A stretch of DNA of 64,000 nt, taken from the sequence record SRR22947727_4895; one strand, 5' to 3'. Both the position numbers and the translations under genes were made by a program. Below the pieces are notes generated by a model. The model was not told the DNA's origin. It did no database searches and saw nothing but the letters and a program-made list of their open reading frames with translations. Shown piece after piece: positions 19,458-29,602 of this stretch (the first letter of the stretch is position 1; every line of letters begins with the position of its first letter).

Positions 19458-21800
19458 TCAAACAGCCTCGTCCTGTCCAACGATTTGAACCTCGGTCTCG
19501 AGTTCAATATCGCGCTCAGCGCGGGCTTTGGCTTTGATGTTTGCAATCAATTCGAGCACTTCCTGAGCGGTAGCGGTGTTGTCGCTGTTGATGATGAAAT
19601 TTCCGTGAATTGGCGAGACGATTGCTTTGCCAACGCCAGTTTCTTTCAAGCCGAGCTCGTCGACCAGCTGCCCCGCTCCGAGTGAGGTCGTTGGATTTTT
19701 GAAAATACAGCCGGCACTCGCGGCGATCGGTTGAGAGGTCTTGCGCTTGTTTTTTGACGCTTCAATTTTCTCGGCAATTTCTGCTGCGGGGGCAGGCTCG
19801 CCTTCGAAAACGGCGGAAACGGCGACGTTGTGCGCCAGCTCGGGGACGTTGCGGTAGTGAACCTGCATTGAGGTCGCGGCTTTCTCGAGAATATCACCGT
19901 CGCTGTCGATCATTCGCACGCTGACGACTTGATCAAACGTCTCGGTTCCCATGGCTCCGGCGTTCATGCGCAAACTACCGCCGACCGCTCCGGGAATGCC
20001 TTCCATCCACTCGAACCCTCCAAGTTCCGCGCCGAGGGCGGCTGCCGCGAGGGCTTTGTATTTCACGCCTGCGCCGGCACGAATGGTATTGCCATCGACA
20101 TGGATTTCGGAAAATTCGCCGCGAACGGGGCAACAAACCACTCCGGGAATTCCACCATCACGCACGAGCAAGTTCGATCCACGGCCGACGACGCGCAGGG
20201 GTAATCCCGTTGCCGCGCAATGTTTTACGAGTCGTGCAAAACCAGGTTCAGTGGTGGGCTCGGCCCAAAATTGGGCGGGGCCACCGACCTTCATCGTGGT
20301 GTGTTTCCGCATCGGTTCGTAAAGTTTGATGACGGCATCTTCTTCGTCGATAACGCTGCGGAGCTGATCGATGGTGGCCAAATCGGTCGTCAAGCGCGTT
20401 CCGACTTCGTGAATGTTTCCCGCGCCGAGCGTGATCACCCAATCGCCGGGCTTGAGTTGATTTCCGATTTCAAGATGAAGTGTCGCGAGATCGGGATGGG
20501 AAAACGCTTTCTCGGTTTTACCGCGTTCTTTAACGGCGTCGACGATGGTCTGACCGGTAATTCCGGGAATCGGCTGCTCGCTGGCAGGGTAAATATCGGT
20601 GACCCAGAGTTCATCGACTTCATCAAAAGCCGCGCCAAATTCATTGCGCAACAGCTGCGTCCGCGTGAAGCGATGCGGTTGGAAAAGGCAAATGAGGCGG
20701 CCCTGATGCTGGGTTCGGGTGGTCTGAAGGGTCGCCGCGACTTCTGTGGGGTGATGCCCGTAATCATCGACGATTGTCACAAAATCAGACTGACGTTTCA
20801 GTTCAAAGCGACGTTTGGCTCCACGAAAACTGCCGAGCGCTTCATCGATTTGATCGATTGAAATCCCGATTTCTGTTCCCAGTGCAATCGCAGCAAGGGC
20901 GTTCAGTACATTGTGATCACCAGGAATCCCTAGACGCACGCGGCCGAGTTCTTTGCCGTTTTTTACCACAGTAAATTCCGTTCCTGCGCCTTTTTGAACG
21001 AGTTTGGTCGCTGAATAGTTGAACTCTGGATTCAATCCGTAGCTGATCGCAGTCTCTCGTCCTGCAAGAATTTTCGTCGCGTTCGGGCATTCACCGCAGT
21101 AAATCACGGATCCGCGCGTCTGATCGCAGAACTGTTTGAAAACCCCGCAAATTTCTTCCAAACCACCTTGGTAGTGGTCGATGTGCTCAGCTTCGACATT
21201 GAGCAAAATAGCGTGTTCTGAGTGAAAATTCACCAAGGTTCCATCGCTTTCGTCGCCCTCAGCGATGAAATATTCGCCTTCCGGCTCGAAGTTTGCATTT
21301 GTCCCCAGGATCGGGATTTCTGCGCCGACATAATGCGAAGGCGAGCGCCCACCCGTTCGTAAAACGTGGGCAGCCAACGCTGAAGTCGTTGTCTTTCCGT
21401 GGGTTCCGGCAACGACGACGCCCTTCCGGCCGGTCATAATAGCCGCAAGTGCTTCAGCACGCCGCAACAGAGGGATTCCAGCTGTGATGGCTGCATCGAG
21501 CGCTACATTCTTGCCCTTCTTAACCGCTGAGGTGTAAACGACGACGTCCGCTCCGTTGACTTCATCTGGGTGATTGGGCGAGGAAAATATAAGCCCGACG
21601 CCTTCGAGGCGCTCCGTTTCGGTCGTCGTCACGCGATCTGATCCTGAAACCGTATGTCCCATGCCGATAAACAGCGATGCGAGACCGCTCATGCCTGAGC
21701 CGGCAACGCCGATGAGATGAATGCGAACCGGATTTTCGGAATCCGAAAATTGGTTAGCCCATTCTGAAAAATCGTTCGCGGCAGGTGTGGAATCGCTCAT
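19458..21800 (-). CDS. murC: MurC-MurB fusion (UDP-MurNAc-L-Ala ligase plus UDP-GlcNAc-enolpyruvate reductase)
   Basis: MurC motifs IGVAGSGMS, GTHGKTTT, EGDESDG, DDYGHHPTE and FQPHR. MurB motifs HTT.KVGGPA, G.GSN, GIPG.VGG..MNAGA, SAGCIFKNP, H.NF and LETEV. Confidence 0.95.
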   Translation of the reverse strand: MSDSTPAANDFSEWANQFSDSENPVRIHLIGVAGSGMSGLASLFIGMGHTVSGSDRVTTTETERLEGVGLIFSSPNHPDEVNGADVVVYTSAVKKGKNVALDAAITAGIPLLRRAEALAAIMTGRKGVVVAGTHGKTTTSALAAHVLRTGGRSPSHYVGAEIPILGTNANFEPEGEYFIAEGDESDGTLVNFHSEHAILLNVEAEHIDHYQGGLEEICGVFKQFCDQTRGSVIYCGECPNATKILAGRETAISYGLNPEFNYSATKLVQKGAGTEFTVVKNGKELGRVRLGIPGDHNVLNALAAIALGTEIGISIDQIDEALGSFRGAKRRFELKRQSDFVTIVDDYGHHPTEVAATLQTTRTQHQGRLICLFQPHRFTRTQLLRNEFGAAFDEVDELWVTDIYPASEQPIPGITGQTIVDAVKERGKTEKAFSHPDLATLHLEIGNQLKPGDWVITLGAGNIHEVGTRLTTDLATIDQLRSVIDEEDAVIKLYEPMRKHTTMKVGGPAQFWAEPTTEPGFARLVKHCAATGLPLRVVGRGSNLLVRDGGIPGVVCCPVRGEFSEIHVDGNTIRAGAGVKYKALAAAALGAELGGFEWMEGIPGAVGGSLRMNAGAMGTETFDQVVSVRMIDSDGDILEKAATSMQVHYRNVPELAHNVAVSAVFEGEPAPAAEIAEKIEASKNKRKTSQPIAASAGCIFKNPTTSLGAGQLVDELGLKETGVGKAIVSPIHGNFIINSDNTATAQEVLELIANIKAKARAERDIELETEVQIVGQDEAV

Positions 21801-21918
21801 AAAAGGTAGAGCGTGGAATAGATGCCGTTTTGCGAGCGGTTCAAGCCTGAACTCTGTGCTCAGATATTGGAGAAACCTCACGCCGAGGCTCGTTCCTGGT
21901 TCAGCTCGCCATCATTCC

Positions 21919-21962
21919 ACGATTCAACAGTATCTGATCGCCGAACCGACCCAGTTCGATCA
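21919..21962. repeat. 45-bp modular repeat, degenerate palindromic copy
   Basis: acgattcaacagtatctgatc-gcc-gaaccgacccagttcgatca. Confidence 0.7.
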
Positions 21963-21978
21963 AAAACGTCTTCGATCA

Positions 21979-22260
21979 TCACGGGCGGCTTATCATTTCG
22001 TCGAGCCAATCGATGTATGTTTTGTAAGTCTTCGAATGTTCATAAAGATATTCGATTGGAATGGCCGGAAAATAAATAGTGTCCGAAATCACTTCAGGTG
22101 CTTCATCCACGATTGTTTCGTTGTTATCGAAATACAATAAAATGGCGGGGTAGATGAAAACGTAGAGAATAAGAATAAACGCAGCTCCGGTTACATATTG
22201 GATCGGTCGTTTCCAACGACTCCATTTTTCTTCAAACGCTGAGATCTCGACTTCATTCAT
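21979..22260 (-). CDS. Small hypothetical membrane protein
   Basis: 93 aa, one TM segment, 4-nt overlap with the upstream gene. Confidence 0.6.
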   Translation of the reverse strand: MNEVEISAFEEKWSRWKRPIQYVTGAAFILILYVFIYPAILLYFDNNETIVDEAPEVISDTIYFPAIPIEYLYEHSKTYKTYIDWLDEMISRP

Positions 22261-23600
22261 GGCTGTTTCTTCTCTCCGATCGCAAACAAATGCTCTGCCC
22301 CGCGAACGTAAATGACGCCTTCGGAAATCGCGGGTGTTGCCATGAGTGGTTCGCCGATCGGATTGGTGGCGAGGAGTTTGAATTCGGTGGTGGCTTCGAT
22401 CACGTGAATGTTTCCGGATTCGCCGGTGAGATAGATTTTCCCATCGGCGGCGATGGGGGACGCGCTGAACCCGTTGCCGCCGTGAGGAATCCGCAGGTAA
22501 AAATGTTCGAGACCGGTCGCAAGGTCGAAACAGGCAAACGGGCCGTCATTGTTTAGGGAGAATAGCGAGCCGCCGACCGCGATGGGAGTCGGCATGTAGG
22601 GGCCGCGCCGATTGATGGACCACGCGATGTCGTCAGGGCCAAGGTCGCCGTTTGCACCGGGTTTGATCACGAAAATGGGGCGCTCGGGAGCACGCCCGCT
22701 CGCCACGACGATCAAATCATCCGCGACAAAGGGAGTCGGGGCGGTGATTTTTGAACTGCCGCCGAGACGCCACAGTTCTTTGCCCGTCGCCGGGTCATAG
22801 CCACGAATAAAGTTCGATCCGTTGGTGATCAGTTCGGTGCGGTTTTTGCCTTCGTAAACCGTCGGGGTTCCCCAGGAAGGCAATTCGTCGCGTGGCGTGC
22901 GCCAGATTTCTTTTCCGGTGGCGACATCAAACGCAACGATGAATGAGTCTTTTTGGGTGTCGCATTGCACGATGACTTTTCCGTCCCACATGATCGGCGA
23001 ACTTGCGGTGCCCCATTCGTAGCTCGGCAAATCGTAGGCTCCGACATCGAGCCGACCGAGTTCTTGTTTCCATAAAAACTTCCCCTCGACCGTGTAGACA
23101 AACAGTCCGTTCGATCCAAAAAACGCCGCCACATGTTTGCCGTCAGTTGCCGGAGTCGAGTTAGCGTAAGTCGCTTTGACGTGACGTTTATCGATCGGTT
23201 TTTCTGAAGCTGCCGTTTGGGTCCAGAGCACTTTCCCCGTCGATTTTTCGAGACACAGAATCTGAAAATCGTGAACTTCCTTGCGATCCTCCGCCGCGTC
23301 ACCTGCGCCATAGAGCCCCGGTTTGAAGGTGGAATCACCGGCTGTGTTCACTGCCGTCGTCAGGAAAATCCGATCACCCCAAATGATCGGGCTGGAATGC
23401 GCGAGCCCCGGGATCTTGACTTTGTAGAGGACGTTTTCGCCCGTTTCAGCATTCCACTTCAGCGAAAGGTGTTGCCCATCAGGAGCCAGTCCGGTTGCCG
23501 AAGGGCCGCGAAAGGATGGCCAATCGTGTTCGCCGGAAAAAGCGACCGCCGCCAAACCCATCATCAGAAAAAATCCCCAGATCACTTTTGCTTTTCCCAT
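22257..23600 (-). CDS. PQQ-like (BamB-type) beta-propeller protein, PVC family
   Basis: Signal peptide, DWPSFRG, repeated SSP/STP motifs and TG..W repeats. Confidence 0.88.
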   Translation of the reverse strand: MGKAKVIWGFFLMMGLAAVAFSGEHDWPSFRGPSATGLAPDGQHLSLKWNAETGENVLYKVKIPGLAHSSPIIWGDRIFLTTAVNTAGDSTFKPGLYGAGDAAEDRKEVHDFQILCLEKSTGKVLWTQTAASEKPIDKRHVKATYANSTPATDGKHVAAFFGSNGLFVYTVEGKFLWKQELGRLDVGAYDLPSYEWGTASSPIMWDGKVIVQCDTQKDSFIVAFDVATGKEIWRTPRDELPSWGTPTVYEGKNRTELITNGSNFIRGYDPATGKELWRLGGSSKITAPTPFVADDLIVVASGRAPERPIFVIKPGANGDLGPDDIAWSINRRGPYMPTPIAVGGSLFSLNNDGPFACFDLATGLEHFYLRIPHGGNGFSASPIAADGKIYLTGESGNIHVIEATTEFKLLATNPIGEPLMATPAISEGVIYVRGAEHLFAIGEKKQP

Positions 23601-23660
23601 AGCGCAAAAAACTAACATGCTGGCTTGCCGTAACCAATCCAATTTCCGATCATCTTACTT

Positions 23661-24284
23661 ATGAAAATGATTCCGCTTGTTGCCTGCACTGCCGTTCTGC
23701 TGACGATTTCCGCCCGAGGTCAGGAAGCGGGAGACGGCGAACGGTTCCAGTTCAATACGCCGGCGGAATGGCGCGGGGAGGTCATCAAGCTTCCTCCCGG
23801 TTTCGCGAAGGATCTGAAATGGCACGGCACGGAAAGTATTCGATTTGCCCCCGGCATGTTCGATGCCGACTCCGAATCGTTCTTTTCCTACGTCCTCGTT
23901 TTTCTTCTCAGCAAAGATGACGATTTAACCGACAAGGCCGTTAAGGTACAGGTTCTGACCTATTACCAAGGTCTTGCATCAGCGGTGATGGGCGCGGGGA
24001 AAGACGTGACGGATGCCTTTAAACTAACGCTTCAGAAATCAAAAGCCGGTGAGCCAACCTCTCCACCCGCCGATGCGGAAAAGAAGAAGATTACAGGATG
24101 GACCGGCACATTGGAATGGGTTGAGCCATTCAAGACCAAAAAAGGCCAGACCCTGAATTTAGAAATTCACCTGTGGAAAAACGGCGAGCGCCCCGTGTTG
24201 TATTTTGCAGTTTCGCCGCAAAAAACCGATCACGCGATCTGGGACGAAATGCGGAAGTATCGGGCGCTGTTTCAGCTGAAATGA
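23661..24284 (+). CDS. Secreted hypothetical protein
   Basis: Signal peptide and a W.GE.I.LPP.FA....G.E.IRFAPG motif; family not identified. Confidence 0.7.
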   Translation: MKMIPLVACTAVLLTISARGQEAGDGERFQFNTPAEWRGEVIKLPPGFAKDLKWHGTESIRFAPGMFDADSESFFSYVLVFLLSKDDDLTDKAVKVQVLTYYQGLASAVMGAGKDVTDAFKLTLQKSKAGEPTSPPADAEKKKITGWTGTLEWVEPFKTKKGQTLNLEIHLWKNGERPVLYFAVSPQKTDHAIWDEMRKYRALFQLK

Positions 24285-24375
24285 GTTCTCGTTTTTCGAA
24301 GGGAATAGGGGCCCAATGAAGCCATTTTTCATCCATGCTTGAAGCCGCATCGATTCAACGCATAGTGCCGAAATC

Positions 24376-25791
24376 ATGCCCGATTCCCCAGTCATCTCCA
24401 CCCGAGATAAAGCCCTCCAAACTAATCTCGACCAGCGTCGCTACGGGACATTCGCAGAGATCGGCGCCGGGCAGGAAGTCGCCCGCTGGTTTTTCCGCGT
24501 CGGTGGTGCGGCTGGCACCATCGCAAAAAGCATTTCCGCCTACGACATGCAGGTCAGTGATGCCATCTACGGCAAAACTCCGCGCTACGTCTGCCGTGAG
24601 CGACTCGAGGACATGCTCGACTACGAGCAGAATCTGAACATCGAACGCCTCACCACTGGCCGCGGCGATACCACCGCCTTTTTCGCGTTCGCCAATACCG
24701 TCTCTGCGCGGAATTACAAAGGCACCAACGAATGCCACGGCTGGATGGGTGTTAAATTCCAAGCGCATCCGGGAGATGAGTCTTCACAGATCATCATTCA
24801 CGTGCGCATGTGGGACAAGACCAACGAGCTGCAACAGGAGGCGCTCGGAATTGTGGGCGTTAATCTCGTCTACGGATCTTGCTTCCTCCACCATGATACG
24901 GACAGGCTCGTAGAGTCGCTCGTCGACGGCCTGACGACGAAGCGTATCGAGATCGACATGATCGAGTTCAACGGCATCGAATTTCGCAATGTCGATAACC
25001 GCCTTAAAAGTCTTCAACTCGTCGAACTGGGGCTTACGGACGCTGCCATGTTCAGCCCGCAGGGCGAGATGCTCCAGCCGTCCGCCGCCCTGCGCAAACG
25101 GCCGATCCTCGTCGAGCGCGGCACCTTCAACCCGGTCACGGACACCAACATCGACATCCTTGAGTGCGCCGCGAAACAGTTCTGCTCCGAGGAGTCTGTT
25201 GATGGTGAAAAAGTCATCGAGATCATGGAGATCACGATGCACGATCTCACGCGTGACGGAAAACTCGATCACCGGGACTTCCTGGCACGCGCCGACCTCA
25301 TCGCCGCAGCAGGCAAGACCGTCCTGATCTCGAACTATTTTGAATACTTCCGCCTGGCCGCCTACTTCAACCGCTATACCGACCAAAAAATCGGGCTCAC
25401 TCTCGGTGCCGGCAGCCTACTCGAACTCTTCGATGAGAAATATTACACCGAGCTTGACGGCGGAATCCTCGAAGCCTTCGGGCGGCTCTTCAAGAACGAC
25501 CTCACCTGCTATGTTTACCCGGCGAAAGATGAGGAATCCGGCAAGCTAACCACCACCAGGAACATCCGCGTCGCCTCCGAACTGAAAAACCTCTACAAGT
25601 ACCTTTTGGAACGCGGTGGCATTGTCCCGATCGTTGACTACGACGAACGCTGCCTCGATATCCACTCCGGCAGGGTCCTCGAACTCATCAAGAAAGAAGA
25701 TGCATCCTGGGAGACGATGGTTCCCAAAGCGGTCGTCAAGGTCATCAAAGACCGCTGTTATTTCGGTTTTTGCGAGCTTGAGGAAGCGTAG
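24376..25791 (+). CDS. Nucleotidyltransferase-superfamily protein (nicotinate-nucleotide adenylyltransferase-like)
   Basis: YGTFAEIGAGQEV.R.FF..GGA.GTIAK..SAYDM..SDAIYG N-domain and ERGTFNPVT motif. Confidence 0.7.
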   Translation: MPDSPVISTRDKALQTNLDQRRYGTFAEIGAGQEVARWFFRVGGAAGTIAKSISAYDMQVSDAIYGKTPRYVCRERLEDMLDYEQNLNIERLTTGRGDTTAFFAFANTVSARNYKGTNECHGWMGVKFQAHPGDESSQIIIHVRMWDKTNELQQEALGIVGVNLVYGSCFLHHDTDRLVESLVDGLTTKRIEIDMIEFNGIEFRNVDNRLKSLQLVELGLTDAAMFSPQGEMLQPSAALRKRPILVERGTFNPVTDTNIDILECAAKQFCSEESVDGEKVIEIMEITMHDLTRDGKLDHRDFLARADLIAAAGKTVLISNYFEYFRLAAYFNRYTDQKIGLTLGAGSLLELFDEKYYTELDGGILEAFGRLFKNDLTCYVYPAKDEESGKLTTTRNIRVASELKNLYKYLLERGGIVPIVDYDERCLDIHSGRVLELIKKEDASWETMVPKAVVKVIKDRCYFGFCELEEA

Positions 25792-25830
25792 CAGAATCGG
25801 GAACGTAAAATCCCGGTTGGGGCTGAACCC

Positions 25831-26070
25831 CTATAGCTCGGGCCTCTCCGGAGACTCACCATCCCCCGTCGTCGGATACTGAGCATCTGCATCTTCCAGT
25901 GCCGCATTCATGGCCTGCATCATCTCAGCAAGCTTTTCCGGCTGGGTCGATGCGAGGTTGTGAGACTCGTCGCGATCTTGGCTGAGGTTAAAGAGTTCGA
26001 CTTTGTCATCGCTGGGACCGGATGTTTTGTCGTAGTGATGGATGAATTTCCGATCGCCTTTGCAGCCCGG
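25831..26070 (-). pseudogene. Sulfatase C-terminal remnant
   Basis: KGDRKFIHHY...ELFNLSQDRDESHNLASTQPEKLAEM...L...DAQYP matches sulfatase C-termini. No catalytic CxPxR domain upstream; 5' boundary approximate. Confidence 0.6.
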
Positions 26071-26221
26071 TTTTTCCGCGATCTGAGTGATACACGGGAC
26101 ACCGCATTCGGATTCGGCAACGGGCTTTCCAAGAAGGGGCGCTGTCATCAGGCTGATGGGGATTGATCTGCTACTCCTATCACGGCATCGCTTTTCGGAC
26201 CGACAATGCCACCGTTTCTTC

Positions 26222-28900
26222 GTGAACACACGCCTCACCGCCTTTTTCCTTTTGTTCCTTGTGGGTTCCGCCGAGGTCCCTGCACAGGAATCTGCTGCTT
26301 CATCGCCGGATTTCGCGACAATCCAGCCGATGCTGGAACAGTATTGCTATAAATGCCACGACGCGGATGTGCAGAAGGGGGATTTGCGGTTGGATGTGTT
26401 TGAGTCAACGAAGGCGGTTCTGCGGGTGCGGAAGACGTGGCGGCATGTGCTGGAACAGCTGGAGACGCGGGAGATGCCGACGAAAAAGCCGCTGCCGAGT
26501 GAGGCGGAATACGAGGCGATGATCGCGTGGGTCGATCAGGCGGTGAATCAGCTGGATTGGGAAAAGATCAAAAATCCGGGGCATGTGACGATTCCACGAC
26601 TCACGAAGAGTGAATACAATCGGACGATTCGGGACTTGTTCGGGCTTGATTCGAAACCGGGAGATGTTTTCTCTGAAGACGGGGAGGGGAAGAGTGGTTT
26701 TAACAATGATCGTGACGCGCTTTTTATCACGGCGTCGCAGATGGAGAAATATTTCGAAGCGGCGGAGAAATCGGTCGATGCGGTGATGGCGCTAAATTTG
26801 GAACCGTTTTCCAAGAAGTTTGAGGCTGAGGAGATGTTCATGACGGAGACTAAAATAGCGAAGTCGAAGGTCGATGATGACGAGGCGCTCGGATATATTC
26901 TCAGCCGTGGGCAGATGACGTTGTATGATTCGGTCGATGTTCCGGCGGACGGATTTTACAAGTTCAGCGTGCGGGCGCGTTCCACGACGAATGGCCCGAC
27001 CAGCGGCGTGATGCGGCTCAATGATGTTAAAAAAGGAGTCGCGGATATTTCCGGCTGTGAACCGGAGGTGGCTGAACTTGATGTGTTTCTGCCGAAAGGA
27101 AGCCATCAAATGGCGTGGAATATCAATTTGGAAGGGCTGCCCAAACCGGCAAAGAAGACCCCGAAGAAGCGCTATACAGTTGTGCCGAAAAATGCCGGGG
27201 ACATCATCAATCGCGAATCGAAGAAGCAGTCTCCGGTTTTCCCGGCGAGCGGTGATGAGCCGGAGGTGCTGCGGAAAAAGATTCAGCGCTGGGATGCGAA
27301 TCAATCAAATGTCCAGCGTCCCTACGAGTGGCTGCGATTGCACGGCGAAAATGGGGATCCGTCGGAGCTGAAACGATTCAACGCTTACGTTGTTGACCGT
27401 AGCCGAGTCCCGAATCAGTTGCGCACCGAAATTTCGAAAGCCCTTGAAATGACTGAAGCGGAATTCGATAACAAGGTGCTCGCGGCCAATCCGAAAAAAA
27501 TGGCGGCCCGCGAGAAGCTTTTCAAAATGTCTCAGGTGGAAGTGGTCAAAGGCAAAGCGCAGCCGGGGAGTTTTGCGGTTGATTGGATTAAGGTGGACGG
27601 GCCGATTGCGGTTGGTGATGTTGAATTGGAAAAATCGGTTGCTGCGCTTTTCAGGAACAATAAAGGCAGGAAAGCTGGCGCAGCTGAGTTGATTAGGAGA
27701 GCGTTCCGACGTCCGGTTTCGGAGCCGGAACTGGCTAAGTTCCGCGCCGTTTATGATGCCTCGCGGAAAAACGGGCTGGATCACGCGGAATCGATGAAGC
27801 AGATGCTGGTGGCGGCGTTGGTTTCGCCGAACTTCCTGTATCGAGTCGAGCTTGGTGAGGGAAAGGAATTTCAACTGGATGACTGGCAGCTGGCCTCGCG
27901 GCTGTCGTATTTCCTGTGGCAGACGATGCCTGACGACGAGCTTTTCGCCGAGGCGGCAAACGGGACCCTGCGGAAAAATCTAGGGGTACAGGTTGAGCGC
28001 CTATTGGCGGATGAAAAGGCGAGCATTTTCTACGAAACGTTTGGCGGACAGTGGTTGGGGTATTCCCGTTTGGGAAAAACGCTCATGCCGGATTCGAAGG
28101 CATTTAAAGAATTCAGTCCCGAACTTGCCGAGGCGATGAAGGGGGAAATTAATTGGCTTTTTGCATCGGTTTTTCGGGAAAATCGGCCGATGACGGATTT
28201 GATCACGGCGCGCGAAACGGTGATGAACGCACAACTGGCGCGACATTACGGAATTAAGGGCGTCGCAGGGGATACGTTGCAGAAGGTGGCGCTCGAGACC
28301 GATCAGCGCGGTGGGATTTTGGGAATGGGCTCGATCTTGACTGCGACGTCGACACCGGTGAGAACCAGCCCGGTGCTTCGTGGCGTTTTTGTGATGGAAC
28401 GTCTTCTCGGAGAAGAGCCCGGTGAGCCACCTGCCGATGCTGGGGACCTTCCGGGAAATGCGGGACCGAATCGCGGCAAAACCCTGCGAGAGGAATTGGA
28501 GATTCATCGTGATCGGGAAGACTGCGCGAGCTGCCACGATAAGATCGATCCGCTCGGGTTTGGTCTGGAAAATTTTGATGCGATTGGCCGTTACCGAACC
28601 AAAGAAGGAAGAAAAACAATCGATGCGACCGGCACTTTGCCTGATGGCACGACGTTCAAAGGCATCAACGATCTGCGGAATTATTTGTTGAATGATCGTC
28701 GCGATGATTTCCTCCGAAACGTGACCGAGCGGCTCATGAAGTTTGCCCTCGGGCGCGATCTGAAAATGCCAGACGAAGCTGCGATTCGTGAAATTCTGAA
28801 ACGCGGCGAAGCGACTGAATTTCGTGGTGCCGACTTGGTGAAATCGATTGTCGAGAGCTATCCGTTTCAGAACCAGGCAGCGGAGGTTGTGACCGATTGA
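26222..28900 (+). CDS. Planctomycete cytochrome c / DUF1587-DUF1595-DUF1592-DUF1588-DUF1585 domain protein
   Basis: CYKCH and CASCH heme motifs; RLT..EYN.TIRDL, RAFRRPV, SPNFLYR, LASRLSYFLW..MPD, RTSPV.RG and DPLGFGLENFD motifs. Confidence 0.92.
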   Translation: MNTRLTAFFLLFLVGSAEVPAQESAASSPDFATIQPMLEQYCYKCHDADVQKGDLRLDVFESTKAVLRVRKTWRHVLEQLETREMPTKKPLPSEAEYEAMIAWVDQAVNQLDWEKIKNPGHVTIPRLTKSEYNRTIRDLFGLDSKPGDVFSEDGEGKSGFNNDRDALFITASQMEKYFEAAEKSVDAVMALNLEPFSKKFEAEEMFMTETKIAKSKVDDDEALGYILSRGQMTLYDSVDVPADGFYKFSVRARSTTNGPTSGVMRLNDVKKGVADISGCEPEVAELDVFLPKGSHQMAWNINLEGLPKPAKKTPKKRYTVVPKNAGDIINRESKKQSPVFPASGDEPEVLRKKIQRWDANQSNVQRPYEWLRLHGENGDPSELKRFNAYVVDRSRVPNQLRTEISKALEMTEAEFDNKVLAANPKKMAAREKLFKMSQVEVVKGKAQPGSFAVDWIKVDGPIAVGDVELEKSVAALFRNNKGRKAGAAELIRRAFRRPVSEPELAKFRAVYDASRKNGLDHAESMKQMLVAALVSPNFLYRVELGEGKEFQLDDWQLASRLSYFLWQTMPDDELFAEAANGTLRKNLGVQVERLLADEKASIFYETFGGQWLGYSRLGKTLMPDSKAFKEFSPELAEAMKGEINWLFASVFRENRPMTDLITARETVMNAQLARHYGIKGVAGDTLQKVALETDQRGGILGMGSILTATSTPVRTSPVLRGVFVMERLLGEEPGEPPADAGDLPGNAGPNRGKTLREELEIHRDREDCASCHDKIDPLGFGLENFDAIGRYRTKEGRKTIDATGTLPDGTTFKGINDLRNYLLNDRRDDFLRNVTERLMKFALGRDLKMPDEAAIREILKRGEATEFRGADLVKSIVESYPFQNQAAEVVTD

Positions 28901-29441
28901 TTGGTGGCGAATTGCGGCTTCCGGTGCCAAACTCCGACATCGCTAACGTCCGTCAGCAAACACCTCCAGAAGAACTCGCAAATACCGTCACGCACGGCAT
29001 CGGAGTGATTTTCAGCATTGGTGGACTCATTTTTTTAGTGATGAAAGCAGTTGCTCACGGCACCGCTGCGGAGCCCTATCGGCTGGGCGCTGTTTCGAAT
29101 CGTTTGGGGGCTTGCGATCCTTGGGTTTGTTTTAAAGGCGATTTACCTGCCGCATTTTGCGAAACCGACCTCGTTTTTGTATTTGGTGATGGGATGGCTG
29201 ATCGTTTTCGCGGCCGGGGAAATTTCAGAGAATTTGTCACCACTCACCACTCACCACTCACCACTCACCACTCGCCATTCGCTGGTTAGTCGCGGGCGGG
29301 TTGTGTTATTCAATAGGAATCATCTTTTTCATCCTCGATCGGATCAAATACATGCACGCTGTCTGGCATGTGTTCGTATTGGCCGGAAGCATTTGTCATT
29401 TTTTGGCAGTTTTTTATGGCGTGATCCAGACTGGGAAATGA
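28897..29441 (+). pseudogene. Hemolysin III (PAQR) family pseudogene
   Basis: Three frames: EELANTVTHGIG; LRSPIGW...YLVMGW; WLVAGG.CYSIG...HAVWHVFVLAGS.CH-stop. The central YH/DH..IY segment is missing. Confidence 0.85.
29237..29278. repeat. Heptamer tandem repeat (TCACCAC)x5 plus one degenerate copy
   Basis: Read directly; it causes a frameshift in the hemolysin III frame. Confidence 0.95.
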
Positions 29442-29449
29442 TCAGATTT

Positions 29450-29587
29450 TCGATCATACCCTGTTGATTCGTTGAACATACCCTACCAAATTGCGTCAGG
29501 GTTGACTCATTGAATAAAAAAAACGTTATCGCGATCTGGTGGGCTTTTGACAGGCGGTATCGCCGGTCTTATTTATTATTGATTCGT
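29450..29587. repeat. 45-bp repeat (tandem form) carrying a ~93-bp internal cassette (29485-29577)
   Basis: tcgatcataccctgttgattcg/ttgaacataccct [cassette] attgattcgt. Confidence 0.85.
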
Positions 29588-29602
29588 AACACTTTTTTAA
29601 TC

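Noticed and set aside
28001-28930. 309-aa antisense ORF
   Set aside because: Shadow of the DUF1592 gene with no independent motifs.
29510-29602. N-terminal extension of the DapA-like ORF
   Set aside because: It runs through the non-coding repeat cassette; ATG 29603 fits the family start.
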